From NCBI GenBank assembly GCA_030837545.1, contig JAUPKI010000006.1, forward strand, positions 4,665 to 68,664: a DNA stretch of 64,000 bases. Reading direction: 5' to 3'. Position 1 is the stretch's first letter. The number at the start of each line of letters is the position of its first letter. The stretch is from Thermodesulfobacteriota bacterium. Its GTDB lineage: Bacteria > Desulfobacterota > DSM-4660 > Desulfatiglandales > Desulfatiglandaceae. A model generated the notes under the pieces. The model did no database searches, was not told the DNA's origin, and saw only the letters and a list, made by a program, of their open reading frames with translations. A program made the translations under genes and the position numbers. This document shows, piece after piece, positions 21,462 through 32,348 of the stretch.

Positions 21462-22901
21462 TTAGAACGGCAGCAGCCGCTTGGTCTTCTGGATCGTGAG
21501 CCACTTTACCTCAGTCATCTCTTCTACCGAGTACCGTCCCCCCTCTCGTCCGATTCCACTTCCTTTACACCCGCCAAAGGGACAGCACGCATCCGCATCA
21601 ATGGTGCCGTCATTCACGTGGACCATGCCCGCCTGAAGGCCTTCCCCAAGAAAAAGCGCCTTTTCCAAGTCCTTGGTGATCACGCCGGCGGACAGTCCGT
21701 AAGTGGTATCATTTGCCACTGCGAGGGCCTCCTTTTCGTCTTTGACCGAAATGATCGAGGCCACAGGCCCAAAGGTCTCCTCGTAATAGATTTTCATGGC
21801 AGGAGTAATATTAGCCAGTAATGTGGGCTTATACAGCCTCCCTTCGTAGGTGCCGCCGGTAAGGAGCGTTGCCCCTTTGCCGACAGCATCTTTTACATGG
21901 TCGTCAATCTTTTTGACCTGATTATCACTGATAACCGGACCAATGAACGTGGTGGGAAGACTGGGGTCGCCCACAGGGAGATGAGCAACCAAACCGGCCA
22001 GTGCTTCAGTAAACGCCTCCACAATCGGTTTTTCCACGATAATCCTGTCTGCGGACATGCATATCTCGCCCTGGTGCAGATACGCGCTGAAGGCGGTGGA
22101 TTTCACGGCGTATTCAATATCCGCATCAGCAAGCACGATGATGGGATTTTTTCCGCCGAGTTCCAGGGTGTAAGGCTTCAATTTGGCGGCAGCCCGTTGC
22201 GCCACATGCCGTCCGGTCACTGTCTCGCCGGTAATGGCGACAAATGAACAGCGATCATCATCAATGAGGGCATCGCCGAGGACGCTCCCCGGACCGGTTA
22301 CAACATTAAGCACCCCCGCTGGAAGGCCGGCCCGCTCAAAAAGCTCACCGATCTTAAGCCCGATCACCGGAGATTCACTGGCCGGCTTCAGGACAACCGT
22401 ATTGCCCGTGGCTATGGCGTATGCCACTTTGTAGATGGAGAGGACGAGAGGAAAATTCCACGGAGAAATAGCAACTACTGTCCCCCTCGGTCTTCGCACC
22501 GTCATAGAAAGCTTCGTAGGATCATTATGAAAGGTCTCGCCGAGAATACGCTTTCCGTCAGCGGCGGCCGTCTCGATGAGATCAACCGTTTGGGATATCT
22601 CAAACATGACCTTCCCTACGGTGCCGCCCCCTTCGTGGATCAATACGTCTGCAAATTCCTGTCTACTCGTTTCCAGGAGCTGTGCCGCCTTGTTCAGAAT
22701 CTGGGCCCGAGCTATGGCAGGTGTGGCGGCCCATTCCCTGCGGGCCGCAAAGGCGGCAGCCATTGCGCGATCTGCATCCTGGGCATCTCCCTTTGCCACC
22801 TTTGCATAAAGTTCCCCGGTGTAGGGGTTTATGTCATCGAAAATCGACCCTGACGTGGCATCCACCCACTGGCCCCCAATCAACATTTGATATATTTTCA
22901 T
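21462..22901 (-). CDS. NAD(P)-dependent aldehyde dehydrogenase (aromatic-aldehyde DH-like)
   Basis: 479 aa. ALDH motifs PWNFP, LELGGKNP and catalytic Cys context GEICMSADR. Confidence 0.93.
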   Translation of the reverse strand: MKIYQMLIGGQWVDATSGSIFDDINPYTGELYAKVAKGDAQDADRAMAAAFAARREWAATPAIARAQILNKAAQLLETSRQEFADVLIHEGGGTVGKVMFEISQTVDLIETAAADGKRILGETFHNDPTKLSMTVRRPRGTVVAISPWNFPLVLSIYKVAYAIATGNTVVLKPASESPVIGLKIGELFERAGLPAGVLNVVTGPGSVLGDALIDDDRCSFVAITGETVTGRHVAQRAAAKLKPYTLELGGKNPIIVLADADIEYAVKSTAFSAYLHQGEICMSADRIIVEKPIVEAFTEALAGLVAHLPVGDPSLPTTFIGPVISDNQVKKIDDHVKDAVGKGATLLTGGTYEGRLYKPTLLANITPAMKIYYEETFGPVASIISVKDEKEALAVANDTTYGLSAGVITKDLEKALFLGEGLQAGMVHVNDGTIDADACCPFGGCKGSGIGREGGRYSVEEMTEVKWLTIQKTKRLLPF

Positions 22902-23028
22902 ATAGCCTCCTTTCTTTTATTGGGCAGTTGCTTTCTCTCGCTTGGTTAGTCCTTCAATCCCTGAAATGTCTCTTTCATATGGCCCACATAGGGCATCGGT
23001 TATCCCTTTGAGCATCCGATCTATCATC

Positions 23029-24126
23029 TCACAGTTTTAGAACAGGCTTGATCACAAGACCCTTTTCCATATCCTCCACGGCCCGGTTGATCTCGTCAAA
23101 GGGATAGAAGGTGATCATGCGGTCAAAGGGGAACCGGCCCTGTCGGTAGAGTTCGATGAGTTTAGGGATAAAGAGATCGGGGATGGCATCCCCTTCAATG
23201 ATCCCTCGAACCGCGCGTCCGTTCATGATCAGGTCCATATTGAGGGTGACCTCAGTGCCGGGGGCCACGACCCCCACCAGGCCGCACACCCCGAGGAGGG
23301 GGAGGACATCCACGGCCTGCCGGAATACCGCCGGGTTCCCCACACATTCCAGGCTGAAATTAGGGCCTCCGCCCGTGATCTCCTTGACCGCTTCAACAGG
23401 GTCCATTTCCCTGGCGTTGACCGTGTGGGTGGCGCCCAACTGCCTGGCCATGGTGAGTCGGTCAGGATGGATATCCACGGCAACAATCGTAGTACAGCCA
23501 CAGACCACCGCCGCCATGATGGCGCTCATCCCCACCGTACCGGTGCCAAATACGGCAATGGATGTGCCGGCGCTGGCCTTGAGGGAGTTGATGACCGCAC
23601 CTGCCCCGGTCATGATACCGCAGCCCATGGGTCCCAGGATCTCAAGGGGGACATCAGTGGGCACCTTGACCACATTCCTTTCCTCGGCCAGCGCATAATC
23701 GGCGAAAGCAGACTGTCCAAAAAAATTGCCATGAATGACCTGATCTCCCTTTTTCAGGGTCGTTGTCCCGTCCGGCCGGGCCCCGCTGAAGTTGAGCCGC
23801 AAAAAATTCTCGCAATAGGGATCATTACCCGACTTGCATGAGGGACATGCCCCGCAGCACATCCAGCTCAAGGTCACATGATCCCCGGGCACGACCTTGA
23901 TTACCCGGGCACCCACTTTTTCGACCACACCCGCCCCCTCATGCCCAAAGACACTGGGCAGCGGGATCGGCAGATGCTGGTCCCTCCCGGCAAGATCCGT
24001 ATGGCAAATGCCGGAACCGACCAGGCGGACCAGGATCTCATTGTCACGGGGTTCACTGAGTTCCAGCTCTTCGAGGGTAAACTTGCCTGATGGTTCAAAA
24101 ATGACTGCTCCTTTGATTTTCATCAT
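23029..24126 (-). CDS. zinc-dependent alcohol dehydrogenase (aryl/benzyl-alcohol dehydrogenase-like)
   Basis: 365 aa. Motifs GICHTD, GHEGAGVVEKVG, structural zinc Cys cluster CGACPSCKSGNDPYC and GTGTVG Rossmann motif. Confidence 0.92.
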   Translation of the reverse strand: MMKIKGAVIFEPSGKFTLEELELSEPRDNEILVRLVGSGICHTDLAGRDQHLPIPLPSVFGHEGAGVVEKVGARVIKVVPGDHVTLSWMCCGACPSCKSGNDPYCENFLRLNFSGARPDGTTTLKKGDQVIHGNFFGQSAFADYALAEERNVVKVPTDVPLEILGPMGCGIMTGAGAVINSLKASAGTSIAVFGTGTVGMSAIMAAVVCGCTTIVAVDIHPDRLTMARQLGATHTVNAREMDPVEAVKEITGGGPNFSLECVGNPAVFRQAVDVLPLLGVCGLVGVVAPGTEVTLNMDLIMNGRAVRGIIEGDAIPDLFIPKLIELYRQGRFPFDRMITFYPFDEINRAVEDMEKGLVIKPVLKL

Positions 24127-24425
24127 GCCCTCCTATCAGTTTGATTGGTTTCTACAACTGATCTAAAAACCTCATGAAATATGAAAGGGATTCGCAGTGG
24201 GCCGTTATAGCTAACGCCCTAACAATAATTGACTTTTCCCGTGACAAGGCACCTAAATTAACAACCCATGGATCGCGAGAAAATCAATAAACGCCTTCTG
24301 CATTAAGTGTGTAATTAGCAAGTTGGATGGGGTTTGTCTATTATACGAAAGTATACTTTTTGTTGACGCCGATCATCCTTGGAACTGGCTGAAGAAGGAT
24401 GCCGCACCCGATGGGCACCTATTTT

Positions 24426-25655
24426 TCACATGGAGGAATGAGATGAGATGAGATGCGGGTATCGGGTCAAAATTCTGTTGATCAGGGTTGTCCTGTTGTT
24501 GACGCCAACTTTGTCATATATGTTTTGAAGATGCTTTTTGACGGTGACTTCGCTGACAAATAGCTGTCCGGCAATTTGCACATTCTTGAGCCCCAAAAAA
24601 AGGAGGTCGACCACATCGATTTCTCTTCTGCTCAGACGAAATGTATCCCTAAGGTACTGTGGATTAATATTCGTGGGCGCTGACTCCTCTTCAATCGAGA
24701 CCATAAACAGCCGTGAGCCTTCCCAGTCCGATTCCTGATCAAGGACTTTTGATACGACCGAAAAACGGGTGTTATCAGGCCCTTTCACAACGCTTCGCCT
24801 TGGAACGATCATCCCCCCGTTGGGACAGCGCTCGAGACTGTCTCTCATTTCCCGGCAGTCTTTCAAGAATCGGGAAGCGATCGGCTCGTCGTGGTTGACA
24901 GCCACCCCCGAGGATTTCATTGCGCCAAAAATCTCGTCCGCTTTAGGATTCCTGTAGATAATTTGAAGGGTTTCATCCAACAGAACCATCCCGACCGACG
25001 ATTGCTTTTCAATATAATCGAGGATGTTTCCTTTCAGTTTTATCCTTTTTCGAAGATCGTTATGGGCCAGGGCATGTGCCAAATAGGGAGAAATGATTTT
25101 CGCTATCCGGATTTCCTTTCTGGTAAAGCGGTTGAATTCACGGGGCCGGGTCAATACAATTTTGCCGTAGAGTTCCTTTTCGGCAACCAGATTGACAATG
25201 AGCTTATGATGTATCTTCTGGGGTTTGAGAAAGTCATTATAGTACTCTGTGGGCTGGAACGAATCGTAACTAAAGGTTTCTTCCAGCTGATTCAGCCCGT
25301 TTCCGGCATCCAACCCATGGGTCAGATGCAGGGGATCGAATTGATGAAAATACGTCTTGTAGTAATTACAGTACGCCTTATCCAAGTTTTTGATAATGAT
25401 ATAGGTGAATAGCCCCTTCCCGTCCGGCAGGAAAAAAATCGCCCCTTCAGCAGGAATGGTGTGAAACAGGACATCCAAAGCCTTCTGCCTTACCAGTTTG
25501 CAATCCAGAGATTCACTGGCTGCGCTGATCACTTCCAGCACATTGGTCAATATGGGATGAGGCAGGTTATCCATCATTATGTTTGCCCTGGTCCGGCGGA
25601 GCAACGCCGAAGAGACTGTGAACGGCCGACGGCGTACGGATATGACCCGTGACAA
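24426..25655 (-). CDS. LuxR family transcriptional regulator with large N-terminal sensory region
   Basis: C-terminal LuxR HTH (LSRREIDVVDLLFLGLKNVQIAGQLFVSEVTVKKHLQNIYDKVGV). The real start may be MMDN at about 25577. Visibly lower GC than its neighbours. Confidence 0.8.
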   Translation of the reverse strand: MSRVISVRRRPFTVSSALLRRTRANIMMDNLPHPILTNVLEVISAASESLDCKLVRQKALDVLFHTIPAEGAIFFLPDGKGLFTYIIIKNLDKAYCNYYKTYFHQFDPLHLTHGLDAGNGLNQLEETFSYDSFQPTEYYNDFLKPQKIHHKLIVNLVAEKELYGKIVLTRPREFNRFTRKEIRIAKIISPYLAHALAHNDLRKRIKLKGNILDYIEKQSSVGMVLLDETLQIIYRNPKADEIFGAMKSSGVAVNHDEPIASRFLKDCREMRDSLERCPNGGMIVPRRSVVKGPDNTRFSVVSKVLDQESDWEGSRLFMVSIEEESAPTNINPQYLRDTFRLSRREIDVVDLLFLGLKNVQIAGQLFVSEVTVKKHLQNIYDKVGVNNRTTLINRILTRYPHLISSHSSM

Positions 25656-25838
25656 AAAGTGAATGCCAATCCTTATCCGTTAATGGACAGGCATTCCGCA
25701 TACGGCAGGGCAACGATGCCTTGCTGCTAAATTTAGAATAATTTCTCCTTGTTAGAATCTGATTATATGTGGCTTGCCTTTGGGTGTCAAGCCAAAACCA
25801 AGCTTTGCGCCTGTGCGGCGACATGCTCATCGGGCGAT

Positions 25839-27434
25839 TCACGATCCGGCATGAAACCTTTTTCTGAGCTCTCTTTTCAAGATCTTACCCTGGGGGCTCT
25901 TTGGGAGTTCGGCCACGAATTCAACGGACTTGGGGGTCTTGAATGAGGCCATCTGTCCTCTGCAAAAATCGATGATCTCCTCTTCAACTGCAGCGACGCC
26001 GACTTTCAAGACCACCACCGCGTGGACCCGTTCCACCCAGTAGGAATCGGGAACGCCGATCACGGCCGCCTCGGCCACGGCCGGGTGCCGGTACAGGACC
26101 CCTTCCACCTCCTTGGGATAGACGTTTTCCCCGCCCGTGACGATCATGTCGTTTTTTCTGTCCGCGATATAGACAAATCCCTTTTCGTCGTAATATCCCA
26201 GATCGCCGGTCCGCAGCCATCCATCCTTCACGGCCTCCTCTGTATCTTCGGGCTTGCCCCAATAGGACGACATAATCCGCTCGCTCTGAACAATGATCTC
26301 GCCGATCTGGCCGGGCAAGAGGTCATTGTCCTCGTCGTCCACGATCCTCATGTGGACCCCGATGCAGGGTTGACCGCAGGATTCAAGCACCCGCATGCCC
26401 TCTTCCGATGCCAGGGCGGCACGGTGGGCGGCCTTGCTAAGGACGGTCGTATGGGGCCCGGACTCTGTCTGGCCGTACCCCTGAAAAAAGAGAGGCCCGA
26501 AGGCCGACAGACCTCTCTTCAACACCTCGACGGGCATGGGCGATGCCGCGTACCAGATCCGCTTCAGAGAGCGTAGATCATATTGCTCAATGTCCGGGAG
26601 ATTCAGCAGGGATATGAGCTGGGTCGGAACAATGTGGAGGTCGGTGATCTGCTCGGCGGAAACGGTCTTTAACGTCTCTGCCGGATCGAAGGAGGCACGG
26701 GCCATGATCACATTACATCCGCCCGTCAGGAAAAAGGGCCATATATGGCTGTCCCCGCCGATGTGAAACATAGGGAGGACCACCAGGTGACGATCGCCGG
26801 ATTGCAACCCCAGATCCAGTGCCTTGATCTGTGTATTCTGCATCTTTTGTGTATGGGTGTATACGGCGCCACGCGGGGTCCCGGTGGTGCCGCTGGTATA
26901 GAAAATAACCAGGGGGTCGTTTTTTTCCACCGCCACATCGGGTTCCTCTACGGGGTGGCGCGCCAGGAGGTCCCTGTAGGCGACAGCGTTTCCCTTGGGT
27001 TTGCCGAAATCGATGAAGGATTGCGTCTTTATTGATCTTTTCCGGATCTCTTCCACGCTTTCTTGGAACTCGGGGGCGAAAAAGAGGGCCGTCGCCTGTG
27101 CGTCATCGATGAGATGCTGCAGTTCCTCCGGCTTCAGGCGGGGGCTGAAATGGGCAAGGATAAATCCTCCCTTCATGGCCGCCCCGAAGACCTCCGGATA
27201 TTCGAGTCGGTTCCATGAAAGGATCCCGATAACCTCCCCTTTTTGAATCCCGAGGGCCTGAAGCCCATGGACAAGGGCATTCACCCTCTTGTTGAAGTGC
27301 TCGAAGGTAATCCTCTCGGAGCCCCATACAAAGGCCTCGCTCTCGGGGTAGAGGACGGCGTTTCTATAGATGAGATCAGCAAATGTCCCCAGCGGATAAC
27401 GGCTCAATTCCTTGAGTATCAGTCTTTTATCCAC
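25839..27434 (-). CDS. AMP-dependent acyl-CoA synthetase/ligase
   Basis: AMP-binding motifs IFYTSGTTGTPRGA, GYGQTE, TGDLGYYDEKGFVYIADRKND and PKSPQGKILKREL. Proposed GTG start at 27434 behind GGAAAGGA. The track ORF extends to 27554 with a non-homologous, proline-rich leader. Confidence 0.9.
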   Translation of the reverse strand: MDKRLILKELSRYPLGTFADLIYRNAVLYPESEAFVWGSERITFEHFNKRVNALVHGLQALGIQKGEVIGILSWNRLEYPEVFGAAMKGGFILAHFSPRLKPEELQHLIDDAQATALFFAPEFQESVEEIRKRSIKTQSFIDFGKPKGNAVAYRDLLARHPVEEPDVAVEKNDPLVIFYTSGTTGTPRGAVYTHTQKMQNTQIKALDLGLQSGDRHLVVLPMFHIGGDSHIWPFFLTGGCNVIMARASFDPAETLKTVSAEQITDLHIVPTQLISLLNLPDIEQYDLRSLKRIWYAASPMPVEVLKRGLSAFGPLFFQGYGQTESGPHTTVLSKAAHRAALASEEGMRVLESCGQPCIGVHMRIVDDEDNDLLPGQIGEIIVQSERIMSSYWGKPEDTEEAVKDGWLRTGDLGYYDEKGFVYIADRKNDMIVTGGENVYPKEVEGVLYRHPAVAEAAVIGVPDSYWVERVHAVVVLKVGVAAVEEEIIDFCRGQMASFKTPKSVEFVAELPKSPQGKILKRELRKRFHAGS

Positions 27435-27837
27435 GATCCTTTCCTTCAGAGGGCCAGCCGTAGACCAGGCCGGGGTTAAGGATGCGTCAGGGCGTGGTGA
27501 AGCCTTCAGTGGCGGCAGCGGTCGGCAGCCATTCCCGGTTTTTTTGGATTTCAATCTAATGGTCTAACATTTACACGGTAAAATATATGAAATATTCTGT
27601 CAAGAAAAACTTAGAGGGAAATTTACGTTGCACCATTTTATCAAACAGGATATATAGACAAGCGCCTAACCGCTGCGTTCAACGCCTTGCAACTGCATGG
27701 AAAGGGCAGGACAAGAGCGGCTTGATCATCCCGAAATAAACAACCATTTTAACTGGTTAAAACCAGTACGCCTCCCCTTTAAATTCAAGTTGAAGTTGAG
27801 CCGGACTTTCATTATCATGGAGGCAAAGGAGATACCG

Positions 27838-28614
27838 ATGCGTAATTTTAAACCCGTCAAGCAGCCAAGAATCTCGGATGTGATTTTTCAGCAGCTCAAG
27901 AATGCAATCCTGGCCAACGAGTTCAAGGCCGGAGACAAGCTGTCATCGGAAAGGGACCTGTCAGAGCAGTTTCAGGTAAGCCGCGTTGCCGTGAGGGAGG
28001 CCATTCGCGCCCTTGAAAATGCAGGGTTTGTGGCGATCCGACAGGGACTGAACGGCGGCGCCTATGTGACCGATTTAACCTTTGAACATCTGGCCAATGC
28101 CTGCCTGGATCTCTTCCTGTCCAACAAGATATCCATTCATGAGCTGCACCATGTCCGCATTCTCATTGAACCGGAGGTGGCGCGACTGGCCACCCTCCAC
28201 ACCAATCCCGAATGGAACGAACGTCTCCTGATGGCCTATAAGGGAGAGCACCCCCCCGGCGCCTCTCTGAGCGAAGATATCGCCTCGGCAACCCGGGTCC
28301 ATTTCATCCTGGCCGAGATCTGCGGGAATCGGTTCCTGGAGGCCCTTGTCAATTCGCTGCTCAAATTGAGCAGAAAGATCATCGAGGAGATCCGGCCGAA
28401 TCCCCCCAGTTCCATCCATCCGCCCGGCCTGCATGGACCCATTGTTGACGCTGTGCTGGCCGGCGACGCGGATGCGGCCGCAGAGGCCATGAAAACGCAT
28501 GCCAAGATCTTCTACGACAATCTGGTAAGGGTGGAAAAGGACTATCGTGAGCACGGGTCCGCGAGCTATCGGCTGAAAGACGAGGCCCGACTTCAGGGTG
28601 GTGAGAGATTATAA
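27838..28614 (+). CDS. GntR family (FadR/FCD subfamily) transcriptional regulator
   Basis: N-terminal winged HTH (ISDVIFQQLKNAILANEFKAGDKLSSERDLSEQFQVSRVAVREAIRALE) plus an all-helical FCD domain. ATG at 27838 lies 7 nt after AAGGAG. Confidence 0.85.
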   Translation: MRNFKPVKQPRISDVIFQQLKNAILANEFKAGDKLSSERDLSEQFQVSRVAVREAIRALENAGFVAIRQGLNGGAYVTDLTFEHLANACLDLFLSNKISIHELHHVRILIEPEVARLATLHTNPEWNERLLMAYKGEHPPGASLSEDIASATRVHFILAEICGNRFLEALVNSLLKLSRKIIEEIRPNPPSSIHPPGLHGPIVDAVLAGDADAAAEAMKTHAKIFYDNLVRVEKDYREHGSASYRLKDEARLQGGERL

Positions 28615-29119
28615 ATGAGGGATTTCCATAACGACCTGCCGCACACTGCTATAAGCCATCAGCAATAAATCTTATTCATACGGAGCACCCGATGAAATAC
28701 CCCCTACCACCAAGCTCCTGACAGGAGTCGTCTTGTCCTGTTGGGAACGAAATCTTGATTGACGTCCGTATGGATCCCGGTCATCTTGGCATCGGCATAG
28801 GTCTTACTATAGAAGGTTAAGCAGGTTAGAAAGCGCCTTGAACGTATTGAAAGTGAGTTGGGTGACATTCCATAAAAATATTACACTTACGGCTTAATTC
28901 GGAACAGTGAATCCTGCATCACGCTCCGGCTTGCAGAGCGCAGGATTGTCGTGTTCCCGTAAGGGTATGAAGGATGCTTGGCTCATTTTATGGTTCTTGA
29001 CTCGACGCCTGCCGTGTAGTTATGATCGGCCCTGTGCAGGTTCGCTTTCATTGGGGTTTCAGGTCCATGTGATGCGGCGCTATTAGGAAATAAATGGCTG
29101 GGCCGACAGGAGATAAAGC

Positions 29120-32100
29120 ATGTTGCTTGACATGAAAACCATCATCTTTAGCTATGTGCTCACTGATATCGTCTGCGTCCTGGTCATCCTGGCGCTCTGG
29201 CGTCAGAGCCGAAACCGGTTTGCAGGGGTCGGTCTTCTTGCCGTTGATTTTGGCTTTCAAACCGTAGCCCTGCTTCTGATTATCCTGCGCGGCCGGATCC
29301 CGGACGTGATGTCCATGGTCCTCTCCAACACACTGGTGATTGCCGGGGCGATCCTGGGCTACATGGGTCAGGCGCGTTTTGTTGAAAAAAGGACGTCTCA
29401 GGTTCACAATTATATTCTGCTGGCGGCCTTTGCCTCTGTTCAGGCCTATTTTTGCCTGCTTGAACCCAACCTGGCAGTACGGAATATCAATATATCAGCG
29501 GCATTGCTCATCATCTGTTTTCAGTCCATGTGGCTTCTGTTGTTCCGGGTTGGCCCTGGAATGCGTCGGCTGACCGTTGGTGTGGGCATGGTTAATGGGG
29601 GATACTGCTTGGTGAGCATGGTCCGGATTGCCGAATTTTTCATCGGATCGCACCCGAGAATCGACTTTTTCCAGGCAGGAGCATTTGATTCGCTTATACT
29701 TGTCGCATACCAGATCCTGTTCCTTCTCTTGACCTATACGCTGATCCTGATGGTCAACAAGCGACTTCTTGTGGAGATCACGACCGAGGAAGAGAAATTC
29801 AAGAAGGCGTTTCATTCCTCTCCTTATGCCGTCACACTGACGCGGCTTTCGGATGGGCAGATCATGGAGGTCAATGAGGGTTTTGTAACCATTACAGGCT
29901 ACCCGATTACTGAGGTCTTGGGACAGACAACGGTCGGTTTGCATATGTGGGACAGGCAGGAGGACCGTGTGGCCGTAGTCCAAGAGCTGTCAGAGACCGG
30001 CAGGGTGTACGGAAGGGAATTTTCGTTTCGAAAGAAGTCCGGGGAGATTGTCGTCGGGCTTTTCTCGGCTGAGATCATTCGGATCAATCATGAGCCATTC
30101 GTTCTTGCGAGCATCAGCGACATGACGGAGCAAAAAAGAAATGAGGCGGAGTTGCTGGAGATCAATCGCAATCTTCAAGAGGCAACGGCCCGGGCCAAGG
30201 CCCTGGCCTCAGAGGCCGATATGGCCAACGCGGCGAAGGGGCAGTTTCTGGCCAATATGAGCCACGAGATCCGGACCCCAATGAACGGTGTCATCGGCAT
30301 GACCAGCCTGCTGCTGGACACCCCCCTCACCGAGGAGCAGCGGCGTTATGGAGAGGCCATTCGGGCATCCGGAGAATCGCTTCTTGCCATCATCAATGAT
30401 ATCCTCGATTTTTCCAAGATCGAGGCCGGGAAACTGGAAATGGAGGTCCTTGATTTTGATTTGCACAACCTGCTGGAGGATTTTGCGGAAGGCATGGCCC
30501 TGCGTGCCCACGGCAGGGGACTGGAGCTCCTCCTGAGCATTGATCCAGAGGTCCCTGCGCGCCTTCGGGGGGATCCGGGCCGGCTGCGCCAGGTCCTCAC
30601 CAACCTGGCAGCCAATGCCGTCAAATTCACCCAGAATGGGGAGGTGGCCATTGGGGCCATGCTTGAATCCGAAACCAAAGACGAGGCCGTAGTCCGTTTT
30701 GTGGTGCGGGACACGGGCATCGGCATCCCCCGGGACAAGCTCGGCCGACTCTTCGACAAGTTCTATCAGGTGGATGCATCCACCACGCGACAATTTGGGG
30801 GTACAGGATTGGGGCTGGCCATTTCGAGGGAACTGGCCGAGTTGATGGGCGGCGAGGTTGGCGTCGAGAGCCGGGAGGGGGCAGGTTCCGAGTTCTGGTT
30901 TACGGCGAGACTGGAGAAGGAGACGGATGGCGCCCCTGCCGAGCCCCATTTTCCCGCCGGTCTCCACGGGGTAAAAGCGCTCATTGTGGATGACAACGCC
31001 GCCAGTCGGGACATCCTGGCCAGGAAAATGGCCTCCTGGGACATGCGGCCGGGCCTTGCGCCGGACGGTCTATCAGCCCTCGATGCGCTCTATCGGGCAC
31101 TGGATGAAAGAGACCCTTTCCGGATCATCCTCATCGACATGCAGATGCCGGGGATGAACGGCGAGGCACTGGGCAAGGCCATCCGCGAGGATGAGCGGAT
31201 GAAAGATATCCGGATGGTTCTGCTGACATCACTGGGAGTGAGAGGCGATTCCCGCCGATTCGAGGAGATGGGCTTTTCCGCGTACCTGACGAAGCCCTTA
31301 AGGGAGCAGGTGCTGCGAAATGTCCTTTTTGCGGTGCTGTCCCACATGCCTGTTTCCCACGCGGAAACAAGTGAAGGCGGGCCTCCGATTGCGGGGCGCT
31401 TCGTAACGCTCCATTCGGCCCGGGGTCGGTTTGCCCCATTTGCAGGGAGTAGGGCGCGGATCCTGCTGGCCGAAGACAATATGACCAATCAGCAGGTGGC
31501 CCTGGCCATTCTCGGGAAGCTGGGCCTGCAAGCCGACGCCGTAGGGGACGGCGCAGAGGTCCTCAGGGCGCTCCAGACCACCCCCTACGATCTGGTCTTG
31601 ATGGATGTGCAGATGCCCGTCATGGACGGTCTGGAAACAACCCGGCGGATACGCGCCTTAGAGTTCAAAGGCCAAAGTTCAAAGCTCAAAGCAGGAGAAG
31701 GATCTATCGGGCTTCCAGCTTCCAGCTTCCAGCCTTCAGCTCGATCGCAACCCATCCCCATTATCGCCATGACGGCCCATGCCATGCAGAAGGACCGGGA
31801 GGCGTGCCTGGCGGCCGGTATGGACGACTACCTGACCAAGCCGGTTTCCCCGCAGGCCCTGGCTGAGGCGCTGGAAAAGTGGCTTGGAACATCGGAAAAG
31901 CCCCAGACCTCGGATAACAGGGGCCTGGGGTCGGAGCGAGGCGATCCACAGGCGGGAGCAGGGTACCGCCAAGGGGTGGGGCCCGTGGTCTGGGATAAGG
32001 TCGGGTTTCTCGGCCGGCTCACGGGCGACCAGGAGCTGATGAGACAGATTACAGCCCTTTTTTTAGTGGACGCCCCGCAACAGATCCAGGCCTTGAAACG

Positions 32101-32329
32101 GCTGATAGAGGATGGGGATCGTTCAGGGGCCCGGCGACAGGCCCATAACATCAAGGGGTCGGCAGCCAATGTAGGGGGTGAATCCCTTCGTGCGGCGGCC
32201 CTGGAGATAGAGGCGGCGGTTGGTGAATGGGATCTGGAGGCGGCCTGGGAGGCGATGGCCGGGTTGGAGGCGGCCTTCGGGCGTTTGAAAGAGGCAATGC
32301 AGGAGGTTATTTCTGAGGGCGAGGCGTAA
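29120..32329 (+). CDS. hybrid sensor histidine kinase/response regulator (multi-TM sensor, PAS, HisKA, HATPase_c, REC, REC, HPt)
   Basis: 1069 aa. About 6-7 N-terminal TM helices, a PAS domain ([12 protein letters not shown]...), H-box [12 protein letters not shown]-boxes DTGIGI and [10 protein letters not shown], two receiver domains (DMQMPGMNG; DVQMPVMDG) and a C-terminal HPt ([11 protein letters not shown]). Confidence 0.95.
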   Translation: MLLDMKTIIFSYVLTDIVCVLVILALWRQSRNRFAGVGLLAVDFGFQTVALLLIILRGRIPDVMSMVLSNTLVIAGAILGYMGQARFVEKRTSQVHNYILLAAFASVQAYFCLLEPNLAVRNINISAALLIICFQSMWLLLFRVGPGMRRLTVGVGMVNGGYCLVSMVRIAEFFIGSHPRIDFFQAGAFDSLILVAYQILFLLLTYTLILMVNKRLLVEITTEEEKFKKAFHSSPYAVTLTRLSDGQIMEVNEGFVTITGYPITEVLGQTTVGLHMWDRQEDRVAVVQELSETGRVYGREFSFRKKSGEIVVGLFSAEIIRINHEPFVLASISDMTEQKRNEAELLEINRNLQEATARAKALASEADMANAAKGQFLANMSHEIRTPMNGVIGMTSLLLDTPLTEEQRRYGEAIRASGESLLAIINDILDFSKIEAGKLEMEVLDFDLHNLLEDFAEGMALRAHGRGLELLLSIDPEVPARLRGDPGRLRQVLTNLAANAVKFTQNGEVAIGAMLESETKDEAVVRFVVRDTGIGIPRDKLGRLFDKFYQVDASTTRQFGGTGLGLAISRELAELMGGEVGVESREGAGSEFWFTARLEKETDGAPAEPHFPAGLHGVKALIVDDNAASRDILARKMASWDMRPGLAPDGLSALDALYRALDERDPFRIILIDMQMPGMNGEALGKAIREDERMKDIRMVLLTSLGVRGDSRRFEEMGFSAYLTKPLREQVLRNVLFAVLSHMPVSHAETSEGGPPIAGRFVTLHSARGRFAPFAGSRARILLAEDNMTNQQVALAILGKLGLQADAVGDGAEVLRALQTTPYDLVLMDVQMPVMDGLETTRRIRALEFKGQSSKLKAGEGSIGLPASSFQPSARSQPIPIIAMTAHAMQKDREACLAAGMDDYLTKPVSPQALAEALEKWLGTSEKPQTSDNRGLGSERGDPQAGAGYRQGVGPVVWDKVGFLGRLTGDQELMRQITALFLVDAPQQIQALKRLIEDGDRSGARRQAHNIKGSAANVGGESLRAAALEIEAAVGEWDLEAAWEAMAGLEAAFGRLKEAMQEVISEGEA
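31661..31742 (+). repeat. degenerate short tandem repeats (GTTCAAAG-type, then CTTCCAG x3-4) lying in-frame inside the kinase CDS
   Basis: Read directly: gagttcaaaggccaaagttcaaagctcaaa ... gcttccagcttccagcttccagccttcagct. The same word families are otherwise seen only in intergenic spacers of this window. Confidence 0.8.
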
Positions 32330-32348
32330 GGAGGGGAGGCAGGTTCAA

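Noticed and set aside
28905-28950. Stem-loop AATCCTGC-N22-GCAGGATT upstream of the hybrid kinase, considered as a riboswitch or terminator.
   Set aside because: There is no T-tract and no conserved riboswitch core that I can recognise. It is too isolated to support a call.
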